DNA of 64,000 nt from the NCBI GenBank assembly GCA_963666115.2, contig CAXXET010000006.1, positions 192,001 to 256,000 on the forward strand. Reading direction: 5' to 3'. The position numbers were made by a program, and so were the translations under genes. The DNA is from Dehalococcoidia bacterium. GTDB lineage: Bacteria; Chloroflexota; Dehalococcoidia; UBA6926. This document shows positions 10,083 to 19,366 of this stretch, one piece after another (position 1 is the stretch's first letter; the number at the start of each line of letters is the position of its first letter). The notes beneath the pieces were generated by a model. That model saw nothing but the letters and a program-made list of their open reading frames with translations, had not been told where the DNA came from and did not search any database.

Positions 10083-11576
10083 ATGAGCAGCGAACAGGAC
10101 GAACGCGCCGCGCAGACGCATTTTGACTCACGGTCGGCCAAGCTGGAGCGGCTGCGCGAGCGGGGCATCGACCCGTATCCGCGCCGTACCGAGAGGACAC
10201 ACACGGCTGTGGAGGCGCGGGAGCTCTTCGAGGCAGATGAGACCACGGAGCACAGCGTCGCCGTCGTCGGGCGGCTGATGACAATCCGGGGAATGGGGCG
10301 GCTGACTTTTGCCACGCTACGGGACGGCAGCGGGGAGATACAGGTCAGCTTCGCGCGGGATCGACTCGGAACGGACGATTACCAGGCGCTCAAGGAGCTT
10401 GATCTTGGCGATTTTCTGGGCGTTGCGGGGACGCTGTACCGGACGCGAACGGAGGAGATTACGGTCCAGGCCGAATCGTATTCCGTGCTGGCCAAGGCGC
10501 TGCGCCCGCCGCCGGAGAAGTGGCACGGGCTGCGGAACGTGGAGCAGCGGTACCGGCAGCGCTACCTGGATTTGATGGCGAACGACGAGGCGCGCGAGAT
10601 TTTTAAACATCGCAGCAACGTGGTTTCCGCAATACGACGGTTTATGGAGGAGCGGGGGTTCATCGAGGCCGAGACGCCGGTGCTTGTGCCGGTGGCGGCG
10701 GGGGCGATGGCCGCGCCGTTCGTCACGAAACACAACGCGCTGGACCGGCAGCTTTTCCTGCGCATTGCGACGGAGTTGAATCTCAAGAAGCTGCTGGTTG
10801 GCGGATTCGAGAGGGTGTTTGAGATTGGGCGCATCTTTCGGAATGAGGGAATCGACGCGGCGCACAACCCGGAATTCACGACGATGGAGTCGTATGAGGC
10901 GTATGCGTCGTACACGGACGTGATGGAGATGGTGGAATCGTTGGTCCATCACGTGTGCGTGCTCGTTCATGGCCGGGGGGCGGTGACTTACGACGGGCAG
11001 GAGATCGACCTGACGCCGCCGTGGCAGCGGCTCTCGCTGATTGACGCGATACGGGAACAGAGCGGGATCGATCTGCTGGATGACGCGATGAGGACGGCGG
11101 ATGGACTGCGGGTCGCCATGCGTGAGCGGGGGCTGACGCCGGCGGAGGATTCTTCGTGGCCGCAGCTGGCGGACAAACTGATCGGCGACCTTGTTGAGCC
11201 GCGGCTGATTCAGCCGACGTTCCTGCTGGATTATCCGATTGAGATGACGCCGCTGGCCAAGGCGACGGAGAGGGACGCGCGGCTGGTGGAGCGGTTCGAG
11301 GGATTCATCGGCGGGATGGAGGTTGCCAACTCGTTCACGGAGCTCAATGACCCCATTGAGCAGGCGGCGCGGCTGCGTGTGCAAGAAGAGAATCGAGAAC
11401 AGTTTAGAGACGAAGATTTTGACCGGCTGGATGAGGATTTCGTCACGGCGGTTGAGCACGGGATGCCGCCGGCCGGCGGGCTTGGGCTAGGCATCGACCG
11501 GATTGTGATGATCCTGACGGGGCAGATGACGATACGCGAGGTGGTGCTGTTTCCGCAGCTGCGGAGTTTGGAGTGA
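10083..11576 (+). CDS. lysS: Lysyl-tRNA synthetase class II
   Basis: OB fold, RYRQRYLDL, FRNEG, HNPEFT, GMPPAGGLGLGIDR. Confidence 0.97.
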   Translation: MSSEQDERAAQTHFDSRSAKLERLRERGIDPYPRRTERTHTAVEARELFEADETTEHSVAVVGRLMTIRGMGRLTFATLRDGSGEIQVSFARDRLGTDDYQALKELDLGDFLGVAGTLYRTRTEEITVQAESYSVLAKALRPPPEKWHGLRNVEQRYRQRYLDLMANDEAREIFKHRSNVVSAIRRFMEERGFIEAETPVLVPVAAGAMAAPFVTKHNALDRQLFLRIATELNLKKLLVGGFERVFEIGRIFRNEGIDAAHNPEFTTMESYEAYASYTDVMEMVESLVHHVCVLVHGRGAVTYDGQEIDLTPPWQRLSLIDAIREQSGIDLLDDAMRTADGLRVAMRERGLTPAEDSSWPQLADKLIGDLVEPRLIQPTFLLDYPIEMTPLAKATERDARLVERFEGFIGGMEVANSFTELNDPIEQAARLRVQEENREQFRDEDFDRLDEDFVTAVEHGMPPAGGLGLGIDRIVMILTGQMTIREVVLFPQLRSLE

Positions 11577-11632
11577 GTTGACCCTCCCCCACAAGAGGGA
11601 GGGGATGAGTAGACTGGTTGCGGGAACGCCTG

Positions 11633-13240
11633 ATGGCACATCAAAAGTTCAATCGGCTCGTCAGCCGCCCAGCAGCGCGTTTTTGGTTGCTGGGCGTGGC
11701 GCTGGCCGGTCTCATTGTCATCGCAGGCTGCAACTCCCAACCGGAACCAACGCCGACACAACAGGCACCGACTCGCATGCTTGGTTCGGGCACTAGTTAC
11801 TATGGTGTGGCCTCCGTGGAGGAAACGATAGCGTTGGCGGATGTTATCGCCCGGGTGCGGTTGCTCTCAGTGACTGCGGTGGCGGAACAAGAGACGGGAC
11901 AGACTGACTTTATCGCCGCACTGGACTACCGGTTCCAGGTGTTGGAATACCTGAGAGGGAACGGCAGCAGCGAGCTCGTGGCGGTGGTCGATGACTTTGC
12001 GGAAACCTTTAGCGGCAGCGGAAGCGCCGTCACACGGGCACGGGCCCTGAAGGACAGGCGGGACACGCAGTGGGACGGCAGGGAAGCAATCATCTTTCTC
12101 TTGGACGACGTGCACCTGTTGCCTAGCACCAGCCGGGCGGACCGGTATTGGCTGGGTGCGCTATCCTTCCACAATCCGTGGGAAGACTACTACACGATAG
12201 CGAGTCGATGGGGAAAGAAATGGCTGCCTGCCGCTTCCTCCGGTGCAGCCGGAGCATCCATCGGCTCGGATACCCAACGCTTCCTGCTGGATGCGCCCGC
12301 AGCCTCCAGTGGGGCATCTGGGGCGTCAGGTCAGTCCGGTACCACGCCAACCGTCACGCTGTCCGATTTGAAGGTGAAGATTGCGGCCAACGACCGCGAA
12401 ATCCTAGCAGGAGGCGGCTCTGAGGAGTACAAAAACTGCCTTTACCAGAAGCTCAAGCAGGCGCGTGAGGCACAGTATGAGTTGGCTAGGATAGTCGATC
12501 TCGGCGGCCAGGGTTACTATTACAAACGCCATGATGCCGCCCTCGGCGCAGGCTTGCCTGAAGGAACGATGGCGTTCACTGACCCGGCGTATAGCGGGTT
12601 TCCGGCAACCCCGCCGCCTGATGTCGGCGATGTTCAGCTTACAGGCAGAGACGCGGCCCTGTTTAGAACGAGATGGCCGGTGATTCTGGACACGATGCGC
12701 CCCCTGCCCGCAGGAGAGTACAAGACCTATTTGGCCCCTCGTCCAAAGGAGTACATCATCTGCGACGGGGTGCCCGACTTGGAAAAGAAACGGCAAGAGT
12801 TGTTCCTGACCGTTACCGCCCCTACCGGCACGCTGCATGAGGCGTTCTTCGACCCAACAACCATTGGCACGGCCATCGGTTCGGACGCCACGAACGGGGT
12901 GTTGAAGCCCAATACGTTCACCACGTCCGCCAATACGACTACGACGCTTCACTCCATCGACTACTCTGGCAGCAACGTTCGGATGCTGTTCTCCCAGACG
13001 ACCGATCTTTCCGATAAGGAGGTCGAGTTCATCATGCTGGACGGAACGGTCGGGCTGCGTGTGCCGTTCTCTTCGGCGACGACGGAGGCGGTTGCATCTC
13101 AGGGGACGCGCTATTCCTGGGAGACGTGTTCCGCGCCGTGGGCGGCGGGCGCAAAGATCATGATCCGCATCCGAACCAAGTCTTCCAGCAGCGCCTCCAC
13201 GCCGACGTGCATCAGCGTCACGCCGACACCGGGGCTTTAG
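11633..13240 (+). CDS. Hypothetical lipoprotein
   Basis: IAGC lipobox, Pro/Thr and Ser/Gly linkers; no recognisable catalytic motif. Confidence 0.7.
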   Translation: MAHQKFNRLVSRPAARFWLLGVALAGLIVIAGCNSQPEPTPTQQAPTRMLGSGTSYYGVASVEETIALADVIARVRLLSVTAVAEQETGQTDFIAALDYRFQVLEYLRGNGSSELVAVVDDFAETFSGSGSAVTRARALKDRRDTQWDGREAIIFLLDDVHLLPSTSRADRYWLGALSFHNPWEDYYTIASRWGKKWLPAASSGAAGASIGSDTQRFLLDAPAASSGASGASGQSGTTPTVTLSDLKVKIAANDREILAGGGSEEYKNCLYQKLKQAREAQYELARIVDLGGQGYYYKRHDAALGAGLPEGTMAFTDPAYSGFPATPPPDVGDVQLTGRDAALFRTRWPVILDTMRPLPAGEYKTYLAPRPKEYIICDGVPDLEKKRQELFLTVTAPTGTLHEAFFDPTTIGTAIGSDATNGVLKPNTFTTSANTTTTLHSIDYSGSNVRMLFSQTTDLSDKEVEFIMLDGTVGLRVPFSSATTEAVASQGTRYSWETCSAPWAAGAKIMIRIRTKSSSSASTPTCISVTPTPGL

Positions 13241-13432
13241 ATTCTTCGGCTCCGCTGCGCTGCGCTCAGAATGACAGGGGAGTGGCGGCGCTGTGGGCTA
13301 CGGGATGGATTCCGGCCTTCGCCGGAATGACGGAGGCGGGGCGGAATGACGGGGTAGGGGAATTGTGGCGCTGTGGGCCAGGGGATGGATTCCGGCCTTC
13401 GCCGGAATGACGGAGGAGGGGGCGGAATGACG
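13239..13432. repeat. Palindromic repeat cluster (family C AGATTCTTCG..CTGCGCTCAGAATGACA plus two family A variants)
   Basis: C 13239-13276; GGATTCCGGCCTTCGCCGGAATGAC at 13307-13331 and 13387-13411. Confidence 0.9.
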
Positions 13433-13454
13433 GATGGGACTTCATACTGTGTAG

Positions 13455-15143
13455 ATGAGGTTGTTTGTCCTTTTTGTTCTCTGTTGTGTCGTGATGGTTG
13501 GGTGCAATGGCAGCGCCACCGCGACGCCACAGTCACGCTCTGAATCGTCCCCGATTCCGGGTGAGGACACGCCGACGTATGGCGGGGTGTTGACTCTGGC
13601 GAACCGGGGCGATCCGCCGGCGGCGTTCGATACGATGCGGACGTCCAGCATCGCTTTGCACCACGTCGGCGGGGCGCTGTTCGGCGCGGGCAACCTGGTG
13701 CGGCGGTGCAGGGAGAACATGTACCTTGCCTGCCCGGACCTGGCGTCAAGTTGGCTTGCGAATCCCGGCTTTACCGAGTGGGAATTCGCGATTCGCCGTG
13801 ACGTGACGTGGCATGACGGCGAGCCGTTCACGGCAGAGGACGCCAAATTCTGGTTCGATCTGGCGGCGAACGGGTGGGAATCGGACGGCGTCCCGGTCCG
13901 CGCGCCTGCCTATTTCCGCGGCGAGCTCGGCGAGATTGAGTCGGTTGAGGTCCTGGAGTTCAACCGGCTGCGCGTGACGCTCGCGGAGCCGAACCCGCAC
14001 TATCTGTCCGTGCTGGCCAACCCACGCCTGCGCATCGCTCACCCGAAGCACGTTTTTGAGCCGCTGTTCGAGGATGGAGAGTACAGCGCCGGGCCGCTGG
14101 ATGTCGGCGTTGTCGGCACGGGGCCGTTCCGGCTTGATCGCTATGAGCCGGGCAGCCTGATCCGCGTTGTTCGGAACGATGACTACTGGGAGCGCGGCGC
14201 GGGCGGCGATCTGCCATATCTGGACGGCATCGACTATGTGATCATGCCCAATCCGACGGCGATGGACGCGGCGTTTCGGACGGGGCGGATCGACGGCGGG
14301 GCGCGGGGGGAGGGACATTACCTGACGCAGGAGCGCAAGGCGGCCATCGACGCGCAGTTGGGGCCGGACGAGGTCTTCTACGGGGAGATGCAGGGCGGGA
14401 TGTTCCGGCTGGGTTTCAACGCGCTGCGCGAGGGGCCGTGGCAGGATGCGCGGGTGCGGCAGGCGATCTCACTGTGGATCGACCGCGAGGCAGCCATTCC
14501 GACGGTGCTGGGCGGGTTCGGTTATATCTCTCCCACGTTCAGCCCGGCCAACCCGTTCACGTCGGCGGATTTCACGACGTGGCAACGGTTCAATCGCGGG
14601 GCGTTGGAGGAGCGGCGAGCGGAGGCCATCGCCCTGATGGAGGAGGCGGGTCATGGGGACGGCTTCGAGATGGGCTACCTATGCCGCGCCCGCCTGACGG
14701 CCCGCTGCGAGTTCCTGCACAACCAACTGGCCGGGCTCGCCATCGATCTCCGGATAGAGCTGGTGGACGAGGCAGAGTGGAATCGCGGGCGAGTGAGCCT
14801 GGATTACGATTCCCAGCCCGGCTCCAACTTCACGTCGCCGATACCGGAGGGCACGGAGGCGGCGTACGGGGTGTACAGCCGGTTTCCCGATGCCTATGCC
14901 AAGCACGAGGATGCCTTTGTCACGACGCTCTACGAGGAATTGCGGGCGACGCGGACGCACCGGCAGCGGGTGACGGCGTGGCGTGAACTGGAAAGCTACG
15001 TGGTGCGGGAGCAGACGTACGTCGTGCCGATCGCGGGCAGCATACAGGTCGTTCCTTACCGGACGCACGTGAGGGGGCTGGTGATTCCGCCGGAGGACGG
15101 GCATACGCATACGGACTTCGCGACGGTGTGGGTGGATCGGTAA
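13455..15143 (+). CDS. Family 5 (peptide/nickel) ABC substrate-binding lipoprotein
   Basis: Lipobox MVGC, PDLASSW, WHDGEPFTAED, GTGPF, RVRQAI. Confidence 0.9.
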   Translation: MRLFVLFVLCCVVMVGCNGSATATPQSRSESSPIPGEDTPTYGGVLTLANRGDPPAAFDTMRTSSIALHHVGGALFGAGNLVRRCRENMYLACPDLASSWLANPGFTEWEFAIRRDVTWHDGEPFTAEDAKFWFDLAANGWESDGVPVRAPAYFRGELGEIESVEVLEFNRLRVTLAEPNPHYLSVLANPRLRIAHPKHVFEPLFEDGEYSAGPLDVGVVGTGPFRLDRYEPGSLIRVVRNDDYWERGAGGDLPYLDGIDYVIMPNPTAMDAAFRTGRIDGGARGEGHYLTQERKAAIDAQLGPDEVFYGEMQGGMFRLGFNALREGPWQDARVRQAISLWIDREAAIPTVLGGFGYISPTFSPANPFTSADFTTWQRFNRGALEERRAEAIALMEEAGHGDGFEMGYLCRARLTARCEFLHNQLAGLAIDLRIELVDEAEWNRGRVSLDYDSQPGSNFTSPIPEGTEAAYGVYSRFPDAYAKHEDAFVTTLYEELRATRTHRQRVTAWRELESYVVREQTYVVPIAGSIQVVPYRTHVRGLVIPPEDGHTHTDFATVWVDR

Positions 15144-15147
15144 GGGT

Positions 15148-15350
15148 GAAGGAAACTTTTGGGGGGATTTGTTTGGTTGGGGCGGGGGAAAGTATACGGA
15201 CGTTAAGTTTGGGGGAGGCGAAAGAACATTTTGGTGGGATTTGTTTGGTTGGGGTGGGGGAAAGTATACGGGAGTTAAGTTCGAGGGGGCCGAAGGAACA
15301 TTTTAGGGCGATTCTGTTACAATGATGCCCCGATAGTACGAAAGGACGCT
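15148..15350 (+). repeat. 72-bp tandem repeats upstream of Fic gene
   Basis: Units 15148-15219 and 15220-15291 near-identical; degenerate third unit contains TGTTACAAT (extended -10-like). Confidence 0.85.
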
Positions 15351-15354
15351 AACG

Positions 15355-16512
15355 ATGCAACGCCTGGCGGGCAGCCCGAGGGGGCGCCTGGTTTCTATTC
15401 CGGCGGGCATCGACGCGTTCGTGCCGCACCCGCTGCCGCGGGAGATGTCGATGAGCGGGCCGCTTATTCGCCTCATTGCGGAGGCGTCTGAGGCTGTTGG
15501 CGTTCTCTCCGGCGTCGGGGAGACCATGCCGAACCCGCGCCTGCTTTTGCGTCCCCTGATGCGGCGCGAAGCCACGCTGTCGTCGCGCATCGAGGGCACC
15601 GTTTCAACCCTGACGGACGTGCTGGGCTACGAGGAGGGGCGGCAAGCGCGCTTCATCGATGACGCGCAGGAGGTCGTCAACTATGTCGTTGCCCTGGAGC
15701 ACGGCATTGAGCGTCTCAGCGAGCTGCCGATCTCGTACCGGCTGGTCAACGAATTGCACGCGATCCTGATGCGCGACGTGCGCGGGCAGGACATGACGCC
15801 GGGCGACTTCCGGGATCTGCAGGTCTACATCGGGTCGGCGTACAGCGGCATCCGGGGCGCGCGGTACGTTCCGCCCCCGCCGCACCTGCTGGAGGAGTTG
15901 TTCCGCGACCTCGAGGCGTTCATCAACGATGCCGACTCGCCCTTGCCCGCGCTGATGCGCTGCGCCCTGATCCATTACCAGTTTGAGGCGATTCACCCGT
16001 ACCGCGACGGGAACGGCCGGATTGGCCGCCTGCTGATTTCGCTCTTCCTCCAGGCTGTCGGCTCGCTAACGGCGCCGCTGCTGTATCTGAGCGCGTATTT
16101 CGAGCGTGACCGGATGCGGTACTACGATGAGCTTCTGAACGTGAGCGCGACGGGCGACCTGGAGCGGTGGGGGGCGTACTTCCTGGAGGGCGTCACAATT
16201 GAGGCGCGCGATACGGTGGCGCGGATTCGGCGTCTCCGGGAACTGCTGGATGAGTGGCGGGAGCGGCTGCTGTCGCGCCGGTCCGCCGCCAATGATCTGC
16301 GGCTGCTCGACGTTATCTTTGGGCGTCCAGTCATAACGGTGAACGGGGCGGCGGAGGCGCTGGGCGTGACGACGGTGGGCGTGCGACGGGTGCTGGACCG
16401 GCTTATTGACGCGGGGATGCTGCGGCGGGATCCGCGGACGCGGCCTGCGCTGTATATTGCAGACAGGGTCATCGAGGAGTTGGAGCGACCCAACGCGCTG
16501 GCGGCAGATTAA
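15355..16512 (+). CDS. Fic family protein with C-terminal HTH
   Basis: EATLSSRIEG, HPYRDGNGRIGR Fic motif, wHTH-like tail. Confidence 0.92.
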   Translation: MQRLAGSPRGRLVSIPAGIDAFVPHPLPREMSMSGPLIRLIAEASEAVGVLSGVGETMPNPRLLLRPLMRREATLSSRIEGTVSTLTDVLGYEEGRQARFIDDAQEVVNYVVALEHGIERLSELPISYRLVNELHAILMRDVRGQDMTPGDFRDLQVYIGSAYSGIRGARYVPPPPHLLEELFRDLEAFINDADSPLPALMRCALIHYQFEAIHPYRDGNGRIGRLLISLFLQAVGSLTAPLLYLSAYFERDRMRYYDELLNVSATGDLERWGAYFLEGVTIEARDTVARIRRLRELLDEWRERLLSRRSAANDLRLLDVIFGRPVITVNGAAEALGVTTVGVRRVLDRLIDAGMLRRDPRTRPALYIADRVIEELERPNALAAD

Positions 16513-16525
16513 GTCGGCGACGGCC

Positions 16526-17071
16526 TTAGTTGGCGGTGATTACGCCGCAGGACACCCTGTCGCCGGCAGCGGGGTCATCGCCGTAGGTATCCGGCTTTTC
16601 GTGGATGATGATGGCCGAGCCGTCCTCATCCAGAATCGAGTTGTCCCGATCCGGGGCCAGGGTTATCGCCTTGTGGAAGACTTCGGCGCGGGCCGTTCCG
16701 TCCGCAGCGGCGTGGATGTTGGGCATATCGCCGGGGTGGGCGCCTCCCTCGTCCATGAAGCCGTGCCCGGTTTCATCCGGCGCGAAGTGGCCGCCTGCTG
16801 CGGTAAAGTCCGGCGAGCATTCGCCGACTCCGTGAAGGTGGAAGGCGTGCCAGCCGGGGGCGAGGCCAGACACGTCGGCGGAAACGAGGACGCCGTTGGG
16901 TCCTTGCGTCAGGGTCACGGTTCCCATCGCGGCGCCGTCCGGGGATATCATTTCCGCGCCGGCCTGTTCACCGACAGGCAGGGACTCTTCCGTGTCACAT
17001 CCCATCGCGCCAAGCATTACGAGGAATGCGGATAACGCGACGATGAAGGCGAGTCGTGGATTCACGTTCAT
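16526..17071 (-). CDS. sodC: Cu/Zn superoxide dismutase lipoprotein
   Basis: HAFHLH, GGHF, HG, HPGDMPN, IIH, RVSCGVI; lipobox AMGC. Confidence 0.93.
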   Translation of the reverse strand: MNVNPRLAFIVALSAFLVMLGAMGCDTEESLPVGEQAGAEMISPDGAAMGTVTLTQGPNGVLVSADVSGLAPGWHAFHLHGVGECSPDFTAAGGHFAPDETGHGFMDEGGAHPGDMPNIHAAADGTARAEVFHKAITLAPDRDNSILDEDGSAIIIHEKPDTYGDDPAAGDRVSCGVITAN

Positions 17072-17211
17072 GCGGCACACTCCTTTTCGCAGGTCATGCG
17101 TTGGCGCGATGGACGAGGTCTGGGGTTACTCTTCGAAGAGTCGCGGCTATTGTACCTGATTGGGGCGGTGGGGTTGACGGATGCGTACAAACGATCAACG
17201 ATCCGATCACG

Positions 17212-18135
17212 ATGCAGCGTGCAGATGATTGGTCTCTCGAACGCGACCTGGCGACTACGGCGATTCCCGCATGGGAGTCGCATGACGGCAAATCGGCTCT
17301 CTATTGGGGGGATGCGCTGGAGATGCTGGCGGGGATTCCGGACAACTCCATCGACTGCGTGTGGACCGATCCTCCGTATCTGTTGTCCAACGACGGCATC
17401 ACGTGCGTCGGCGGGCGCATGGTGAGCGTCAACAAGGGCGAGTGGGATCGCAGCCAGGGTCTTGAGGCGGACCACGAGTTCAATTTGGTGTGGACGGCTG
17501 AGGCGTACCGTATTCTCAAGCCGACCGGCACGATCTGGGTGTCCGGCACGCTGCACGTCTACCCGAGTGTCGGGATGGCCTTGCGGCAGAACGGTTTTCG
17601 GCTGCTGAACGATATTGTTTGGGAGAAGACAAACCCGCCGCCGAATCTCGGACGGCGCACCTTCACGCACTCAACGGAGGTTGTTCTGTGGGCGAGCAAG
17701 GCGGAGAAGGGCAGCAAGCATCGCTACGTGTTCAATTACGACGAGATGCGTGAGGAGAACGGTGGCAAGCAGATGCAGACGGTGTGGAAATTCGGTGCGG
17801 CGGGCCGCGCGGAGAAGAAGCATGGCAAGCATCCGACGCAGAAGCCGGTTGCGCTGATAGAACGATGCCTGCGGGCGAGCACGAATCCCGGTGACGTGGT
17901 GCTTGACCCATTCGCGGGATCAGGCAGCACAGGCGTGACGGCGCTTGGACTGGGCCGCTCGTTCATCGGGTTTGAGTCCGTCGAGGAGTACGTAGAGATG
18001 GCTGCTCGGCGCCTCAGCCACGCTACCCCCCCCCCCCCCCCCCCCCCCCCATTTATGTCAAATACGGATGGGGCGGGCGAGGAGTCACTTTCGCCAAAGC
18101 TGCTTGAGCGCCCGTCACGCTATGGGGGCAACTAG
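17212..18135 (+). CDS. Beta-class N6/N4 DNA methyltransferase (DpnA/M.DpnIIB-like)
   Basis: DPPYLLSNDGITC..GRMVSVNKGEWD, HPTQKP, DPFAGSGST. Confidence 0.9.
   Translation: MQRADDWSLERDLATTAIPAWESHDGKSALYWGDALEMLAGIPDNSIDCVWTDPPYLLSNDGITCVGGRMVSVNKGEWDRSQGLEADHEFNLVWTAEAYRILKPTGTIWVSGTLHVYPSVGMALRQNGFRLLNDIVWEKTNPPPNLGRRTFTHSTEVVLWASKAEKGSKHRYVFNYDEMREENGGKQMQTVWKFGAAGRAEKKHGKHPTQKPVALIERCLRASTNPGDVVLDPFAGSGSTGVTALGLGRSFIGFESVEEYVEMAARRLSHATPPPPPPPPFMSNTDGAGEESLSPKLLERPSRYGGN
18026..18050 (+). repeat. Poly-C homopolymer (25 nt) in methyltransferase 3' region
   Basis: Direct count; encodes a poly-Pro run. Confidence 0.9.
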
Positions 18136-18138
18136 ACC

Positions 18139-18564
18139 ATGGCAAGCCGGCGTGATACGACGACAGGGGACGTCATGGAGCAGATGGTTCAACTCGCCCT
18201 CGCGCATGGTCAATACAAGTGCGAGCGCGGCAAGACTGTCGGAACACGTCTTGGGGTTGGGCGGCACAAGATTGACACATATGCGGAGGATCAGCGCGGG
18301 CGCGTCCATCTGATCTCACTGAAGTGGCAGCAGGTGGGGGGAACGGCTGAACAGAAGATTCCGTTTGAGGTCATATCGCTCATTGACCTGCTGCTCAAGG
18401 ACGAGAGCTATTACAAGGCCCACTTGGTGCTGGGCGGGGACGGGTGGCGCTACAAGGATTTCTACGTCAATGGCGGCCTCAAGCCGTTCATACGCAACGC
18501 GGACAGGGTGAACATCACAACGCTGGACGCATTTGTGGGCGCGGCGAACCGGGGACTTCTGTAG
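18139..18564 (+). CDS. Small PD-(D/E)XK nuclease (putative restriction endonuclease)
   Basis: HKID...ISLKWQQVGGTAEQK motif; starts 3 nt after the MTase stop. Confidence 0.75.
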   Translation: MASRRDTTTGDVMEQMVQLALAHGQYKCERGKTVGTRLGVGRHKIDTYAEDQRGRVHLISLKWQQVGGTAEQKIPFEVISLIDLLLKDESYYKAHLVLGGDGWRYKDFYVNGGLKPFIRNADRVNITTLDAFVGAANRGLL

Positions 18565-18577
18565 TTGGTGGTGCGCG

Positions 18578-18799
18578 ATGCCGGAGGAAAAGTCTGCCGC
18601 CGACTGCCCAGAGCACCATGGACAGAGCAACTCACACAGTCGGTTGCCTCTAGATCACGTGATGAGAGGTTTGCCGGATAATCAATCGGGCATGGGGCGT
18701 CACAAGTGCCCGTACTGCGCCTACCGGCGCGGTTATCAGCAGGCAGTGGAGGATGTAAGGTCCTGGACTGACGAACACCTGCGACAACCCAACTCGTAA
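18578..18799 (+). CDS. Small CxxC protein of unknown function
   Basis: LPDNQSGMGRHKCPYCAYRRG; co-oriented after the nuclease. Confidence 0.6.
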   Translation: MPEEKSAADCPEHHGQSNSHSRLPLDHVMRGLPDNQSGMGRHKCPYCAYRRGYQQAVEDVRSWTDEHLRQPNS

Positions 18800-18826
18800 C
18801 GCAGTTGGTGAGTGCGGGGGCGCTTT

Positions 18827-18970
18827 AGATTCTTCGACTCCGCTGCGCTGCGCTCAGAATGACAGACCCGATGGATTCCGGCCTTCGCCGGAATGACGGA
18901 GTTAGGCGTGGGGGATTCGCGTGGGTTCGCTGTGACGGGTTCACACTTCGACTGCGCTCAGGGTGAACGG
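18827..18970. repeat. Palindromic repeat cluster (families C, A, B variant)
   Basis: C 18827-18864, A variant 18873-18897, B variant ending at 18970. Confidence 0.88.
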
Positions 18971-19011
18971 GTCGGGGCGGTGAACCAAGGTCATTGTAGG
19001 GCCGGCCCGCC

Positions 19012-19233
19012 TTAGAGCACGAGCGCGTCTACTGTGGTATTCAAGGCTTCCGCGATGCGGGAGAGGACGCGAACGGAGCCTGTCTTGTGTCCACGCTCGA
19101 TTTCGGACAGGTAGCTCGGGCTGACCTTGGCGATTCCCGCAAGCTGCCGCAGGGTTAGTCCGCGGTGGCGGCGAAAGGCCTCGACCGGATTCGCGCCCCG
19201 AATAATCTCGACAGCCAAAGCGTGTGGAATCAA
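19012..19233 (-). CDS. XRE-family HTH protein (HigA-like; possibly N-terminally truncated orphan antitoxin)
   Basis: NPVEAFRRHRGLTLRQLA...SPSYLSEIERG; only a TTG start, with an in-frame stop just upstream. Confidence 0.65.
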   Translation of the reverse strand: MIPHALAVEIIRGANPVEAFRRHRGLTLRQLAGIAKVSPSYLSEIERGHKTGSVRVLSRIAEALNTTVDALVL

Positions 19234-19366
19234 TTCCGGTACTCCATGCTAGTCATACGCCTCTCTCCGATGCAGCACATGCTCGATTCTCATGATACGC
19301 CCTCTACGTCGTTCGATGGATGGCGCGCACGGGGAGGGGCGAATCGCATACCATCCTAGTAGAGAT

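Noticed and set aside
13239-13432. Possible CRISPR or integron attC sites in the palindrome clusters
   Set aside because: Irregular spacing, mixed families, dispersed across the window; no integrase seen.
15148-15350. Possible CRISPR array
   Set aside because: Units are contiguous tandem copies with no unique spacers, and there are no cas genes.
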